The notes beneath the pieces were generated by a model. The model saw only the letters and a program-made list of their open reading frames with translations. It was not told where the DNA came from and ran no database searches. A program made the position numbers and the translations under genes. From the NCBI GenBank assembly GCA_902766775.1, contig CACXEX010000123.1, forward strand, positions 1 through 40,550: a stretch of DNA of 40,550 nucleotides. The letters are read 5' to 3'. Below are positions 20,777-30,578 of this stretch, one piece after another. The stretch's first letter is position 1; the number at the start of each line of letters is the position of its first letter. Origin of the DNA: an uncultured Ruminococcus sp. GTDB lineage: Bacteria; Bacillota; Clostridia; Oscillospirales; Acutalibacteraceae.

Positions 20777-22141
20777 ATGACTTTAAAAAAGAATGATATA
20801 GTAAATCTTACAATAACTTCGGCAACTGCCGAGGGCAGCGGAGTTGGCAGAACAGATGACGGAATTGCCGTTTTTGTTCAAGGTTCCGCAATCGGTGACG
20901 AACTCAAGGTGCGTATATTAAAGGTTAAGAAAACCTATGCTTTCGGCAAAATTGAAGAAATTCTTGTTCCGTCAAAGGCGAGAATTACTCCCGACTGCGA
21001 AAATTTTATGAAATGCGGCGGTTGCACATGGCGACATATTTCATATGAAGAAGAGTGCAAAATAAAACAGCAGAGGGTAGAGGACGCCGTAACACGCATT
21101 GGCGGTCTTGACAATGTTGTTTTCAAGCCGATTATTTCGTCCGATAATATCACAAGATACCGCAACAAGGCTCAGTATCCCGTTGGACTTGACCGTGACG
21201 GAAATGTTGTAACAGGTTTTTATTCATTCCACAGCCACCGCATAATCAATTGCACTGACTGTATTTTGCAACCCGAAATTTTTGCAAAGGTAATTGAAAT
21301 TACTAAAGATTTTATTGCAAAAACCAACACGGAAATTTATGACGAAACAACAGGCAAGGGCAGACTTCGCCACATTTATATAAGAATGGGCGAGGTTTCG
21401 GGAGAACTTATGGTCTGCTATGTTGTCAACGCAAACGGTCTTAAACAGGAAGATTTGCTTGTAAAAATGCTCAAATCCGAACTCCCGCAGTTGAAAAGCG
21501 TGATTATTAATTCTAACAGAGAAAAAACAAATGTTATTCTCGGCAGAAAAAACAGAACAATCTACGGAAGTGACCACATTACAGATACGCTTTGCGGATT
21601 GCAGTTCAAAATTTCACCGTTTTCATTTTGGCAGGTCAACAGAAAGCAGGCTGAAAAACTCTACGGCAAAGCCAAAGAATATGCAAATCTCAAATCCGAC
21701 GAAATTCTGCTTGATTTATACTGCGGAACGGGTACAATAGGTCTTACAATGGCGGACTCCTGTAAACAGCTTATCGGTGCGGAGATTGTTGAAGATGCCG
21801 TGAAAGATGCAAATGAAAATGCAAAAGCAAACGGCATTGAAAACGCACGATTTATCTGCGGAGATGCCGCCGCCGCCGCATCACAGCTTGAAAAAGAGGG
21901 CTTAAAACCCGATTGCGTAATCCTTGATCCACCAAGAAAAGGTTGCGGCGAAGAGCTTGTAAAGACAATTTCAAGAATGTCACCGAGCCGTGTAGTCTAT
22001 GTATCCTGCGATCCCGCAACCCTCGCAAGAGATTTAAAATTCTTCACAGAAAACGGCTACACCCCCAAAGAAATCACCCCCTGCGATATGTTCTCCAGAA
22101 CTTCCCATGTGGAGAGTGTGGCATTGATTGAAAGAAACTAA
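20777..22141 (+). CDS. rlmD: 23S rRNA (uracil-C5)-methyltransferase RlmD/RumA
   Basis: TRAM domain, CENFMKCGGC Fe-S motif, YRNK, SFWQVN, LDLYCGTGTIGL, DPPRKG, YVSCDPATLARD and DMF..TSHVE. ATG 20777 is preferred over 20738 because the latter abuts the predicted TSS. Confidence 0.94.
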   Translation: MTLKKNDIVNLTITSATAEGSGVGRTDDGIAVFVQGSAIGDELKVRILKVKKTYAFGKIEEILVPSKARITPDCENFMKCGGCTWRHISYEEECKIKQQRVEDAVTRIGGLDNVVFKPIISSDNITRYRNKAQYPVGLDRDGNVVTGFYSFHSHRIINCTDCILQPEIFAKVIEITKDFIAKTNTEIYDETTGKGRLRHIYIRMGEVSGELMVCYVVNANGLKQEDLLVKMLKSELPQLKSVIINSNREKTNVILGRKNRTIYGSDHITDTLCGLQFKISPFSFWQVNRKQAEKLYGKAKEYANLKSDEILLDLYCGTGTIGLTMADSCKQLIGAEIVEDAVKDANENAKANGIENARFICGDAAAAASQLEKEGLKPDCVILDPPRKGCGEELVKTISRMSPSRVVYVSCDPATLARDLKFFTENGYTPKEITPCDMFSRTSHVESVALIERN

Positions 22142-22159
22142 CATAGATAAGGAATTAAA

Positions 22160-22810
22160 ATGCAAAATACTCTTAAAATTAAACGAACAAAAACAGCTTT
22201 GGCTTTTAACCTTGCAATAATTGCAGGGGAGATTGCCGCAATTATCATCGTATTTTTAAAAATCGGCTACTATCCGCTTGAATATTACACCGAGGACAGC
22301 AACCTGTTTGCACTTGTCGCCTGCGCGGTTATGGCAGGCTTTCAGGTACGCTACCTCAAAAGCGGAAAAGAAATTCCGCACTCGGTTCAGATGTTCAAAT
22401 ATATGGCGGCGGCCGTGCTTTCGGTAACATTTATCGTAGTTCTTGCCGTACTTTCTCCGATGCGTGGAGAGGGCATAAACGGTTGGCTCTATATGCTTTT
22501 TAACAAGGACTTTACATTTTTACATACTTTGTGTCCGATTCTTACAATTTTATCGTTTGTGCTTTTTGAAAAAGAACCTCACCTTGACACAAAGTCAGCT
22601 TTCACGGCAACAATCCCCACATTAATATATGCGATTGTGCTTGTGTTCTTAAACATTATAAGAGCATTCACGGGTCCGTACCCATTTTTGCTGGTGCACA
22701 ACCAACCCGTGTATATGTCGGTAATTTGGTTCATCGTTATAGTAGGCGGTGCATTTTTCCTTGCACTCTTACTTCAGAAACTTAATTCGATAGGAAGAAA
22801 AAGTAAATAG
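22160..22810 (+). CDS. Integral membrane protein, Pr6Pr / FAR-17a-AIG1-like family
   Basis: About six TM helices; motifs YYTEDSN, LHTLCP, P..IY and PYPFL. SD AAGGA. Confidence 0.65.
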   Translation: MQNTLKIKRTKTALAFNLAIIAGEIAAIIIVFLKIGYYPLEYYTEDSNLFALVACAVMAGFQVRYLKSGKEIPHSVQMFKYMAAAVLSVTFIVVLAVLSPMRGEGINGWLYMLFNKDFTFLHTLCPILTILSFVLFEKEPHLDTKSAFTATIPTLIYAIVLVFLNIIRAFTGPYPFLLVHNQPVYMSVIWFIVIVGGAFFLALLLQKLNSIGRKSK

Positions 22811-22858
22811 TATAGATAGTCAGAAAATAGTTAAAAATTTAAGATTGGAGTGATTTTT

Positions 22859-23503
22859 ATGAAATACCACAAGTTGGTGGAGAACGCTAAAAAGCCGAAC
22901 GGCTTTTGGGGCAAAATGATGATTAAGGCGATGAATAAAGGACATTCAAACCTCACCTCATGGGGACTTGAACATATGAATATCGAACGCAACGCAACTG
23001 TGCTTGACATCGGTTGCGGTGGCGGAAAAACCGTTGACCGACTTTGTTCAAAGGTTGCCAACGGCAAAGTTTACGGAATCGATTATTCCGAACTTTCGGT
23101 AAAATCCTCCGAAAAACTCAATTCAAAAAATATTCTTTGCAACAAGGCAAAAATTCTTCAGGCATCTGTTTCGGATATGCCTTTTGATGACAATACATTC
23201 GACAATATCACAGCAGTTGAAACCTACTACTTCTGGCCCGACAAAGAGAATGATGTAAAAGAAGTTTTCCGTGTTCTAAAACAGGGCGGAACGGTTATGT
23301 TGCTCTTTGAAATGCTCAGGACAGATGATGACCCGTTCAAGTGGGAAAAGGTTGAAAATATGCTGAATATCAAGTCGGTAACTCCGCAGGAAATCAGAGC
23401 CGTACTTGAATCGGCAGGTTTTGAAAACATAAACACATACACTAAGGAAGGTACAACATGGCTTTGTGCCACAGCGCAAAAACCGAAGGATGATGAAAAC
23501 TAA
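22859..23503 (+). CDS. Class I SAM-dependent methyltransferase
   Basis: VLDIGCGGG, GIDYS, MPFDDNTFD and EVFRVLKQGG. ATG at 22859 with SD GGAG. Confidence 0.9.
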   Translation: MKYHKLVENAKKPNGFWGKMMIKAMNKGHSNLTSWGLEHMNIERNATVLDIGCGGGKTVDRLCSKVANGKVYGIDYSELSVKSSEKLNSKNILCNKAKILQASVSDMPFDDNTFDNITAVETYYFWPDKENDVKEVFRVLKQGGTVMLLFEMLRTDDDPFKWEKVENMLNIKSVTPQEIRAVLESAGFENINTYTKEGTTWLCATAQKPKDDEN

Positions 23504-24273
23504 TGAAAGCTTTGATTACAGGCGCAAGTTCGGGCATTGGAAAAGAAATTGCCCGTTATCTTGCAGAACTCGGTTATGACCTTATTCTTGCATCACGCTC
23601 AACCGATAAGCTAAATCAGCTGAAAGAGGAACTTTCAAATGTGAATGTCAGGGTACTCACGCTCGATTTTTCACGAGAAAGCGACAGTATGGATTTGTAT
23701 GAGCATATCAAGAATGAAAATGAACAGATAGATTTTCTTGTAAACAACGCAGGATTCGGCGCTTACGGAAAATTTGTAGATGTTCCGCTTGAAAGAGAGC
23801 TTGAACTCATTCACACCAATGTTTCAACGGTTCACATTCTCACAAAGCTTTTTCTTAAGGATATGGTGGAGAGAAACAGCGGATATATTCTCAATGTAGG
23901 TTCAGCCGCAGGATTTCTTGCAGGCCCGACATTTGCAAGCTACTACGCATCAAAGAATTATGTTGTCCGTCTTACTCAGGCAATTCATGAAGAAATGCGT
24001 AGAGATAATAAAAATGTCAAGGTTTCTGTACTTTGCCCGGGACCTGTAAAAACTAACTTCAACAATGTTGCTGATGTTAAATTCTGCATAAGAGGCCTTG
24101 ACCCGAAGTTTGTTGCAAGGTATGCCGTTGATATGACTATGAAAGGCAAAATGATTATCACGCCGGGTTTTGAAATGAAAGCTGTGTCATTTTTCAGACA
24201 TTTTGCACCCGAACAACTTCTCACAAGGATTTCTTACAATGTTCAGATGAAGAAAAACGGTATATCAAAATAA
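23503..24273 (+). CDS. Short-chain dehydrogenase/reductase
   Basis: ITGASSGIG, LVNNAGFG, catalytic S...YYASK and CPGPVKT. TAATG overlap with the upstream gene. Confidence 0.92.
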   Translation: MKALITGASSGIGKEIARYLAELGYDLILASRSTDKLNQLKEELSNVNVRVLTLDFSRESDSMDLYEHIKNENEQIDFLVNNAGFGAYGKFVDVPLERELELIHTNVSTVHILTKLFLKDMVERNSGYILNVGSAAGFLAGPTFASYYASKNYVVRLTQAIHEEMRRDNKNVKVSVLCPGPVKTNFNNVADVKFCIRGLDPKFVARYAVDMTMKGKMIITPGFEMKAVSFFRHFAPEQLLTRISYNVQMKKNGISK

Positions 24274-24303
24274 ATATTATATAGCAACAGGGGAGGTGAC
24301 ACA

Positions 24304-25278
24304 TTGAAAATAAAATCCGCCGACAAGGCAATAAATCTTTACAAAAGAATAACAGGCAGATTTGAACCGTTCACGAGCAAATGTATTCATGATAATATCT
24401 TTGCAATTGCAGGACAGTCGGCGTTCTTTATTATTTTGTCGGCTGTGCCGCTTTCAATGTTCTTTGTGTCACTTTTGCAGAACCTGCACATTCCAATTAA
24501 CTTTGTACATCACGGACTGAGCAGCGTTTTTTCTCCGCAGATAGCAGATGACCTCACATACTTTCTGACATCTGCCTATGAAAGTGCGGTCGGAATTTCT
24601 CTTGTAACGCTCGTAATCACATTATGGTCGGCAGCTCAGGGAATACACGCAATCACAAACGGGCTTAACAGAATTTATGACGCTTACGAAAACAGAAACT
24701 GGTTCTTTCTCAGAATAAGAGCGATGTTCTATACAATTGCGTTGTTCGTAATTTTGCTTGCGTCACTTGTACTTATTGTCCTCGGCTCGACAATTAACGA
24801 GATTTTGTCTCCGCATCTTAAATCCTTGCCTGATATAATCGGAATAATCTATCATCTCAGATATGTACTCATCTTTTTGTTTCTTACCGTACTTTTTGCG
24901 TTGATATACAGAAACTTTCCGAATATTTCGCACAGGGAACACAAAGAATACGGCTTTAAGTCGCAGTTACCCGGTGCATTTCTTTGCACGGTATCTTGGT
25001 ATGTGCTTTCGTTCGGCATTTCTGTCTATGTGTCCGACTTCAACGGATTTTCGGTTTACGGAGGACTTACACGAATCGCCGTAATTATGATTTGGTTCTA
25101 CTTCCTTATGGTTTGTCTTATGGCGTGTGCCGAAATCAACTATGTTTATCATGACAGGATAAAGGCATTCACAGTTGCAAAATTCAAAAAAAGAGTAAGA
25201 ACAAAGGGAACAGAGCTTAATCAGGTGAGAAAAGAAAGAAAAAAGAATAGAAAATCCAATAAATCAAAGAAAAGTTAA
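24304..25278 (+). CDS. YihY/BrkB-family membrane protein
   Basis: AGQSAFFIILSAVP, LWSA...GLNRIY, LIYRNFP, LPGA and YGGL..IAVIMIWFY...AEIN. TTG start with SD GGAGGTG. Confidence 0.88.
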   Translation: MKIKSADKAINLYKRITGRFEPFTSKCIHDNIFAIAGQSAFFIILSAVPLSMFFVSLLQNLHIPINFVHHGLSSVFSPQIADDLTYFLTSAYESAVGISLVTLVITLWSAAQGIHAITNGLNRIYDAYENRNWFFLRIRAMFYTIALFVILLASLVLIVLGSTINEILSPHLKSLPDIIGIIYHLRYVLIFLFLTVLFALIYRNFPNISHREHKEYGFKSQLPGAFLCTVSWYVLSFGISVYVSDFNGFSVYGGLTRIAVIMIWFYFLMVCLMACAEINYVYHDRIKAFTVAKFKKRVRTKGTELNQVRKERKKNRKSNKSKKS

Positions 25279-25403
25279 TAAATTGAAAATAAAACACTTT
25301 CGTTCGGTGATAATAATTACAGATTATAATCGTCCGCATGCTCTGATACTTACAAGCAAAGCAAAAGATTGCGACGATTTAAATACCAACGGAGGTGTTT
25401 TTT

Positions 25404-26132
25404 ATGAAAACAAGGTTTTCAAAAAGGGTAATTTCAATTTTGATTGTTTTTGCGATGCTAATAGGCGGAGCGTGTCTGTCTTGTACAAGTGCAGCGGCAT
25501 TTGACCTCGGATACATTAGCGGAGACGGAATGAAACTTGGTTACAGTATAATCAAAGGTTATTCTAAAATGTCGATGAAAAAGGGACAGTACAAGGACGG
25601 AAAAATTGCCGTTTACTGCGGACTTGATGTGACAAATCTCTATGTTATGGGTTCACTCGGTTGGTTCTATGTGACAAACGGTGTTGACCTTGACCGTGCA
25701 ATGACCGACAACGATTACGCAATGGAGATGATTGCAAAGCTTGATTCACACCTTGAGGGTGCAGGCATAACAAATGATAGGGCAAAAGAGAAGAAAGCCG
25801 AGATTTTGAAGGATGCAAAATATATTTACCAGTGCTTTGATACTGTCGGACTTTATATTATTGATGTTGATGAAAACAGAGCAAACGAACTTATGAATGA
25901 CAGTGAAATTGACTTTGTGCTTGACGGCGGTTGCGTTCCCAAAAATATGAAAGACCTCAACATTGACGGCAAAACAGACGAAAAAGACGCCGAGCTTATT
26001 CAGAAGTATCTTATCAAAGACCTAACCTTTGACGATTATGACGAAAACCAGTATGCACTTTTTGTCTGTGATATCAACGGTGACAAGACGCCAGATATCC
26101 GTGATGTGACAGAAATTATGAAAAAGGCTTAA
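25404..26132 (+). CDS. Secreted dockerin-containing protein of unknown function
   Basis: SD GGAGGTG. Signal peptide MKTRFSKR...SAAA. C-terminal duplicated loops DLNIDGKTDEKDAELIQKYL and DINGDKTPDIRDVTEIMK. Confidence 0.82.
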   Translation: MKTRFSKRVISILIVFAMLIGGACLSCTSAAAFDLGYISGDGMKLGYSIIKGYSKMSMKKGQYKDGKIAVYCGLDVTNLYVMGSLGWFYVTNGVDLDRAMTDNDYAMEMIAKLDSHLEGAGITNDRAKEKKAEILKDAKYIYQCFDTVGLYIIDVDENRANELMNDSEIDFVLDGGCVPKNMKDLNIDGKTDEKDAELIQKYLIKDLTFDDYDENQYALFVCDINGDKTPDIRDVTEIMKKA

Positions 26133-26166
26133 TTGTCATTATTTGTGCAAAATTAATATGAATTTT

Positions 26167-26204
26167 AAAGTGACAGCAGTAATTTTGGCTGTCACTTTTG
26201 CTTT
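26167..26204 (+). terminator. Intrinsic terminator after the dockerin gene
   Basis: AAAGTGACAGC / GCTGTCACTTT followed by TGCTTT. Confidence 0.78.
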
Positions 26205-26247
26205 GTGAAGACAATGTGAAACTTTGAATAATTATTTGTAATTTCTC

Positions 26248-26275
26248 TTGACTTTCAGATTTAAGGTGCTATAAT
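26248..26275 (+). promoter_or_regulatory. SigA promoter of the marR-ABC operon
   Basis: TTGACT-N16-TATAAT with TG extension. Confidence 0.7.
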
Positions 26276-26286
26276 AACTGATACAA

Positions 26287-26321
26287 ATTGTTTTGTATCG
26301 AACTATTCGATATAAAACAAT
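26287..26321. promoter_or_regulatory. Long inverted repeat, putative MarR operator or 5' hairpin
   Basis: ATTGTTTTGTATCGAA-CTA-TTCGATATAAAACAAT: 16-bp arms with one mismatch, lying between the promoter and the SD. Confidence 0.6.
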
Positions 26322-26352
26322 ATCTCATAGGTGCGATTTTGGAGGTGAAATA

Positions 26353-26835
26353 ATGTGCGATGACAAAAGCGTAAAAAGCTGTAAATGCGACAAACGCTTT
26401 AATGATTCAATCGGTCATGAAATCAAGGTGCTTAATCAGGTTTTGCAGAGAAAGTTAATCTATTCCGCCAAGGATAAGGGCGTAGATAAACTCACTCTTA
26501 TGCACGGCTGGATTATTGCATATCTCTATGATCATCGAGATGAAGATGTTTATCAGAAAGATATTGAGAACGCATTTTCAATTGCACGTTCAACTGTTAC
26601 AAGTATTCTTAAACTTATGGAAAAGAAGAATTACATAACAAGAGAGAGCGTTGAAAGTGATGCAAGACTCAAAAAACTTGTCCTTACCGAAACAGGTATT
26701 GAACTTCATTACAAAATCGAAAATATGATAACCAAAAATGAAACTTTGCTTGACAGTCTGCTGACAAAAGAGGAAAAGAAACAATTTCTCTTTCTTGTAA
26801 ATAAAATCCTCAGCGGAATTGAAAAGGCAAATTAA
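26353..26835 (+). CDS. MarR-family transcriptional regulator
   Basis: ATG at 26353 with SD GGAGGTG. YQKDIE.AFSIARSTVTSILKLMEKKNYITR and DARLKKLVLTETG. Confidence 0.92.
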   Translation: MCDDKSVKSCKCDKRFNDSIGHEIKVLNQVLQRKLIYSAKDKGVDKLTLMHGWIIAYLYDHRDEDVYQKDIENAFSIARSTVTSILKLMEKKNYITRESVESDARLKKLVLTETGIELHYKIENMITKNETLLDSLLTKEEKKQFLFLVNKILSGIEKAN

Positions 26836-26852
26836 AACGGAAGGAGATAAGT

Positions 26853-28601
26853 ATGGTAAAAACTTTGGCAAAAAATATCAAAGGTTTCGTCAAAGAATCC
26901 GTCCTGACGCCGTTCTTTATGATACTCGAAGTAGTTGTTGAAACAATTATTCCGTTTCTTATGTCATCAATGATTGATGACGGTATCAACAAGGGCGATA
27001 TGCAGCACATACTCATAACAGGCGGCTATATGGGAGCACTTGCACTTACAGGCTTGTTTGCAGGTATGATGGGCGGTATCTACGGTGCAAAAGCTTCGGC
27101 AGGCTTTGCAAGAAACCTCAGACGCTCAATGTTTGCAAATATTCAGTCATTCTCATTCGCTAACATTGACCGTTACTCAACAGCAGGACTTGTTACCCGT
27201 ATGACAACCGATGTAACAAACCTCCAGAACGCATATCAAATGCTTTTAAGAATGTGCTTCAGAGCACCTGTATCTCTGATTTGTGCAATGGCAATGACAT
27301 TCATTATCAATGCACGACTTGCAAGCATCTATCTTATTGCTACAATTATCCTTTCAATCGTTCTTTTCTTCATAATGAAGGCTACATACAAGTATTTCAG
27401 CCAAGTATTTGAAAAGTACGATGAACTCAATGCAAGCGTTCAGGAAAATGTAACTTCAATCAGAGTAGTAAAGGCTTTTGTTCGTGAAAAGCACGAAGTA
27501 GGCAAGTTCAATAAGGCTGCAAACAATGTATATAGGCTTTTTGTAAAGGCTGAAAATGCAATGGTAACAGTATCACCGATTATGATGGTTACTTCATACA
27601 CATCAATCATTCTTGTAAGCTGGTTCGGCGCAAATATGATTGTCAGCAATGAACTCACAACAGGTGAACTTACAAGTATGCTCACATATTGTATGAATAT
27701 CCTTATGAACCTTCTTATGGTTGCAATGGTGTTTGTAATGCTCACAATGAGCCTTGCAAGCGGCAAGCGTGTTGCAGGTGTGCTCAATGAAAAGTCAACT
27801 CTTAAAAACCCAGAAAACCCGGTATATGAGGTTAAGGACGGCAGTATTGAATTTGACAATGTTTCATTCTCATACAGCAAAACAGCTGAAAAGCCGATTC
27901 TTAACGATATCAACCTCAAAATCAAATCAGGCGAAACAATCGGTATAATCGGCGGCACAGGTTCTTCAAAAACAAGCCTTGTAAACCTTATTGCGAGACT
28001 TTACGATGTAACAGGCGGTTCTGTAAAAGTCGGCGGAAAAGATGTTCGTGACTATGACATTGAAACTTTGCGTGACAAGGTTGCCGTTGTACTCCAGTCA
28101 AATGTTCTTTTCAGCGGTACAATCCTTGATAACCTCAGATGGGGTAACGAGAACGCAACCGAGGAAGAATGTATCAATGCCTGCAAGCTTGCTTGTGCAG
28201 ATACGTTCATCGAGAACTTCCCCGAAAAGTACAACACCAGAATTGAACAGGGCGGTACCAATGTATCAGGCGGTCAGAAACAGCGTCTTTGCATTGCAAG
28301 AGCCTTGCTCAAAAATCCTAAGATCCTTATTCTTGATGACTCGACAAGTGCCGTTGATACTGCGACAGATGCAAGTATCCGTAAGGCTTTCAGAGAGAAT
28401 ATCCCCAATACAACAAAGCTGATTATTTCACAGCGTGTATCAAGCGTTTCACACGCAGACAAGATTATTGTAATGGATGACGGTGAGATAAGTGCAGTAG
28501 GTACTCACGAAGAGCTTATCAATAAGAGCCCGATTTACAATGAAATTTATGTTGCCCAGACAAGCGGCAGCGGTGATTTTGATGCGAAAGGAGAGTTGTA
28601 A
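26853..28601 (+). CDS. Heterodimeric multidrug-type ABC exporter, subunit with degenerate Walker/switch motifs
   Basis: 6-TM domain plus NBD. Walker A GGTGSSKT, signature VSGGQ, Walker B ILDD (D replaces catalytic E) and switch ISQR (Q replaces H). Confidence 0.93.
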   Translation: MVKTLAKNIKGFVKESVLTPFFMILEVVVETIIPFLMSSMIDDGINKGDMQHILITGGYMGALALTGLFAGMMGGIYGAKASAGFARNLRRSMFANIQSFSFANIDRYSTAGLVTRMTTDVTNLQNAYQMLLRMCFRAPVSLICAMAMTFIINARLASIYLIATIILSIVLFFIMKATYKYFSQVFEKYDELNASVQENVTSIRVVKAFVREKHEVGKFNKAANNVYRLFVKAENAMVTVSPIMMVTSYTSIILVSWFGANMIVSNELTTGELTSMLTYCMNILMNLLMVAMVFVMLTMSLASGKRVAGVLNEKSTLKNPENPVYEVKDGSIEFDNVSFSYSKTAEKPILNDINLKIKSGETIGIIGGTGSSKTSLVNLIARLYDVTGGSVKVGGKDVRDYDIETLRDKVAVVLQSNVLFSGTILDNLRWGNENATEEECINACKLACADTFIENFPEKYNTRIEQGGTNVSGGQKQRLCIARALLKNPKILILDDSTSAVDTATDASIRKAFRENIPNTTKLIISQRVSSVSHADKIIVMDDGEISAVGTHEELINKSPIYNEIYVAQTSGSGDFDAKGEL

Positions 28602-28603
28602 TT

Positions 28604-30502
28604 ATGCCCGGACCAATGGGAAGAAGAAACCGAGGACCTGCACAGAAGGTTGAAAATTCAGGACAAATTCTGAAAAGACTTCTCGGTGTTATCTTTAAAA
28701 AATACAAAATTCAGATGATTATTGTTTTCGTCTGTATCCTCATTAGTGTACTTGCAAATGTTCAGGGTTCTCTGTTTATTCAGAATCTTATTGACGATTA
28801 CATCACTCCGATGATTCAGAGCGGCAGCCGTGATTTCGGCCCTATGCTCAGCGCAATTTTAAGGGTTGCAGTTTTCTATGCAATCGGTGCGGCATCCGCA
28901 TTTATCTATGCAAAAATTATGGTTTATGTAACACAGGGTACAATGCGTGACTTGCGTTGTCAGATATTTGAACATATGGAAAGCCTTCCGATAAAATACT
29001 TTGACACACACCCACACGGCGACATTATGAGTGTATATACAAACGATATTGATACCCTCCGTCAGATGATCAGCCAGAGCATTCCGCAGCTTTTCAACAG
29101 CGGAATTACAATCATTGCCGTTCTTGTAAGTATGTTTACTCTGAGTGTTCCTCTCACACTCCTTACCCTCGTAATGGTTGGCGTAATGCTTTTTGTAACA
29201 AAGAAACTTGCTTCAAAAAGCGGAAAGTTCTTTACAAAACAGCAGATTGACCTCGGTGCGGCTAACGGCTACATTGAAGAGATGATGAACGGTCAGAAGG
29301 TTGTCAAGGTATTCAATCACGAGAAAAAGAGCATTGAAGAATTCAATGAACTTAACGATAAACTCTTTGACAGCTCATACAACGCAAATAAGTTTGCAAA
29401 TATTCTTATGCCGATTAACGCACAGATTGGTAACATCAGCTATGTGCTCTGTGCAATCGTAGGTTGTATCTTTGCTCTCAACAACTTCCTCGGCTTTACA
29501 ATCGGTAAACTTGTAAGTTTCCTTACATTTAACAAGAGCTTTACCCAGCCTATCAATCAGGTCAGCCAGCAATTCAACTCAATTGTTATGGCACTTGCAG
29601 GTGCAGACCGTATTTTTAAACTTCTTGACGAAAAGCCTGAGGTTGATGACGGTTATGTAACACTTGTCAATGTCCGCAAAGAGGGCGACAAACTTGTTGA
29701 AACAGAAGAAAAAACAGGTATGTGGGCGTGGAAACATACTCACAGTGCAACAGGCGAAACAGAGTATCGTGAACTCAAGGGTGCACTTGTTATGGACGAT
29801 GTTGACTTTGGCTACACAGACGATAAAATCGTTCTTCACAATATTGATTTGTACGCAGAGCCGGGTCAGAAGATTGCATTTGTTGGTTCAACAGGTGCAG
29901 GCAAAACCACAATCACAAACCTTATCAACCGTTTCTATGATATTCAGGACGGTAAAATCCGCTATGATGGAATCAATATTAACAAAATCAAGAAAGGCGA
30001 CCTTCGCCGTTCACTCGGTATAGTTTTGCAGGATACCCACCTGTTTACGGATACTGTTATGGAAAATATCCGTTACGGCAGACTTGATGCAACAGATGAA
30101 GAGGTTATCGCAGCGGCAAAGCTTGCCAACGCAGACAGCTTTATCAGAAAACTTCCTGACGGCTACAACACTTTGCTTAAGGGCGACGGCGGTAACCTCA
30201 GTCAGGGACAGCGTCAGATGCTTGCAATTGCAAGAGCGGCTGTTGCAGATCCGCCTGCACTTATCCTTGATGAGGCTACAAGTTCAATTGATACCCGTAC
30301 CGAAAAAATGGTTCAGGATAGTATGGATAAGCTTATGCACGGCAGAACAACATTTGTCATTGCTCACAGACTTTCTACAATCAAAAACTCCGATTGTATT
30401 ATGGTTCTTGAAAAGGGCAGAATCATTGAGCGTGGTTCACACGAACAGCTCCTTGAGCAGAAGGGCAGATACTATCAGCTTTATACAGGTAAAACCGCAT
30501 AA
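28604..30502 (+). CDS. Heterodimeric multidrug-type ABC exporter, subunit with consensus Walker/switch motifs
   Basis: TM domain plus NBD. GSTGAGKT, degenerate signature LSQGQ, LILDEATS and IAHRL. The pairing is TM287/288- or EfrCD-like. Confidence 0.93.
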   Translation: MPGPMGRRNRGPAQKVENSGQILKRLLGVIFKKYKIQMIIVFVCILISVLANVQGSLFIQNLIDDYITPMIQSGSRDFGPMLSAILRVAVFYAIGAASAFIYAKIMVYVTQGTMRDLRCQIFEHMESLPIKYFDTHPHGDIMSVYTNDIDTLRQMISQSIPQLFNSGITIIAVLVSMFTLSVPLTLLTLVMVGVMLFVTKKLASKSGKFFTKQQIDLGAANGYIEEMMNGQKVVKVFNHEKKSIEEFNELNDKLFDSSYNANKFANILMPINAQIGNISYVLCAIVGCIFALNNFLGFTIGKLVSFLTFNKSFTQPINQVSQQFNSIVMALAGADRIFKLLDEKPEVDDGYVTLVNVRKEGDKLVETEEKTGMWAWKHTHSATGETEYRELKGALVMDDVDFGYTDDKIVLHNIDLYAEPGQKIAFVGSTGAGKTTITNLINRFYDIQDGKIRYDGININKIKKGDLRRSLGIVLQDTHLFTDTVMENIRYGRLDATDEEVIAAAKLANADSFIRKLPDGYNTLLKGDGGNLSQGQRQMLAIARAAVADPPALILDEATSSIDTRTEKMVQDSMDKLMHGRTTFVIAHRLSTIKNSDCIMVLEKGRIIERGSHEQLLEQKGRYYQLYTGKTA

Positions 30503-30509
30503 TAATCAT

Positions 30510-30542
30510 AAAGGAGAGTCGCAAGGCTCTCCTTTTCTTTTC
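30510..30542 (+). terminator. Intrinsic terminator of the ABC operon
   Basis: AAAGGAGAGTC-GCAA-GGCTCTCCTTT followed by TCTTTT. Confidence 0.85.
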
Positions 30543-30543
30543 C

Positions 30544-30572
30544 TTGAAATATAAATGACTTTATTGTACAAT
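30544..30572 (+). promoter_or_regulatory. SigA promoter of the MBL lipoprotein gene
   Basis: TTGAAA-N17-TACAAT. Confidence 0.6.
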
Positions 30573-30578
30573 AGAACT

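Noticed and set aside
21864-21880. GCC trinucleotide run in rlmD as a phase-variation tract
   Set aside because: It is short and in frame, simply encoding an Ala run.
22090-22160. ICE/IME integrated at the rlmD (rumA) 3' end, a known Firmicute hotspot
   Set aside because: No recombinase, relaxase or duplicated att copy is visible downstream, so the site appears empty.
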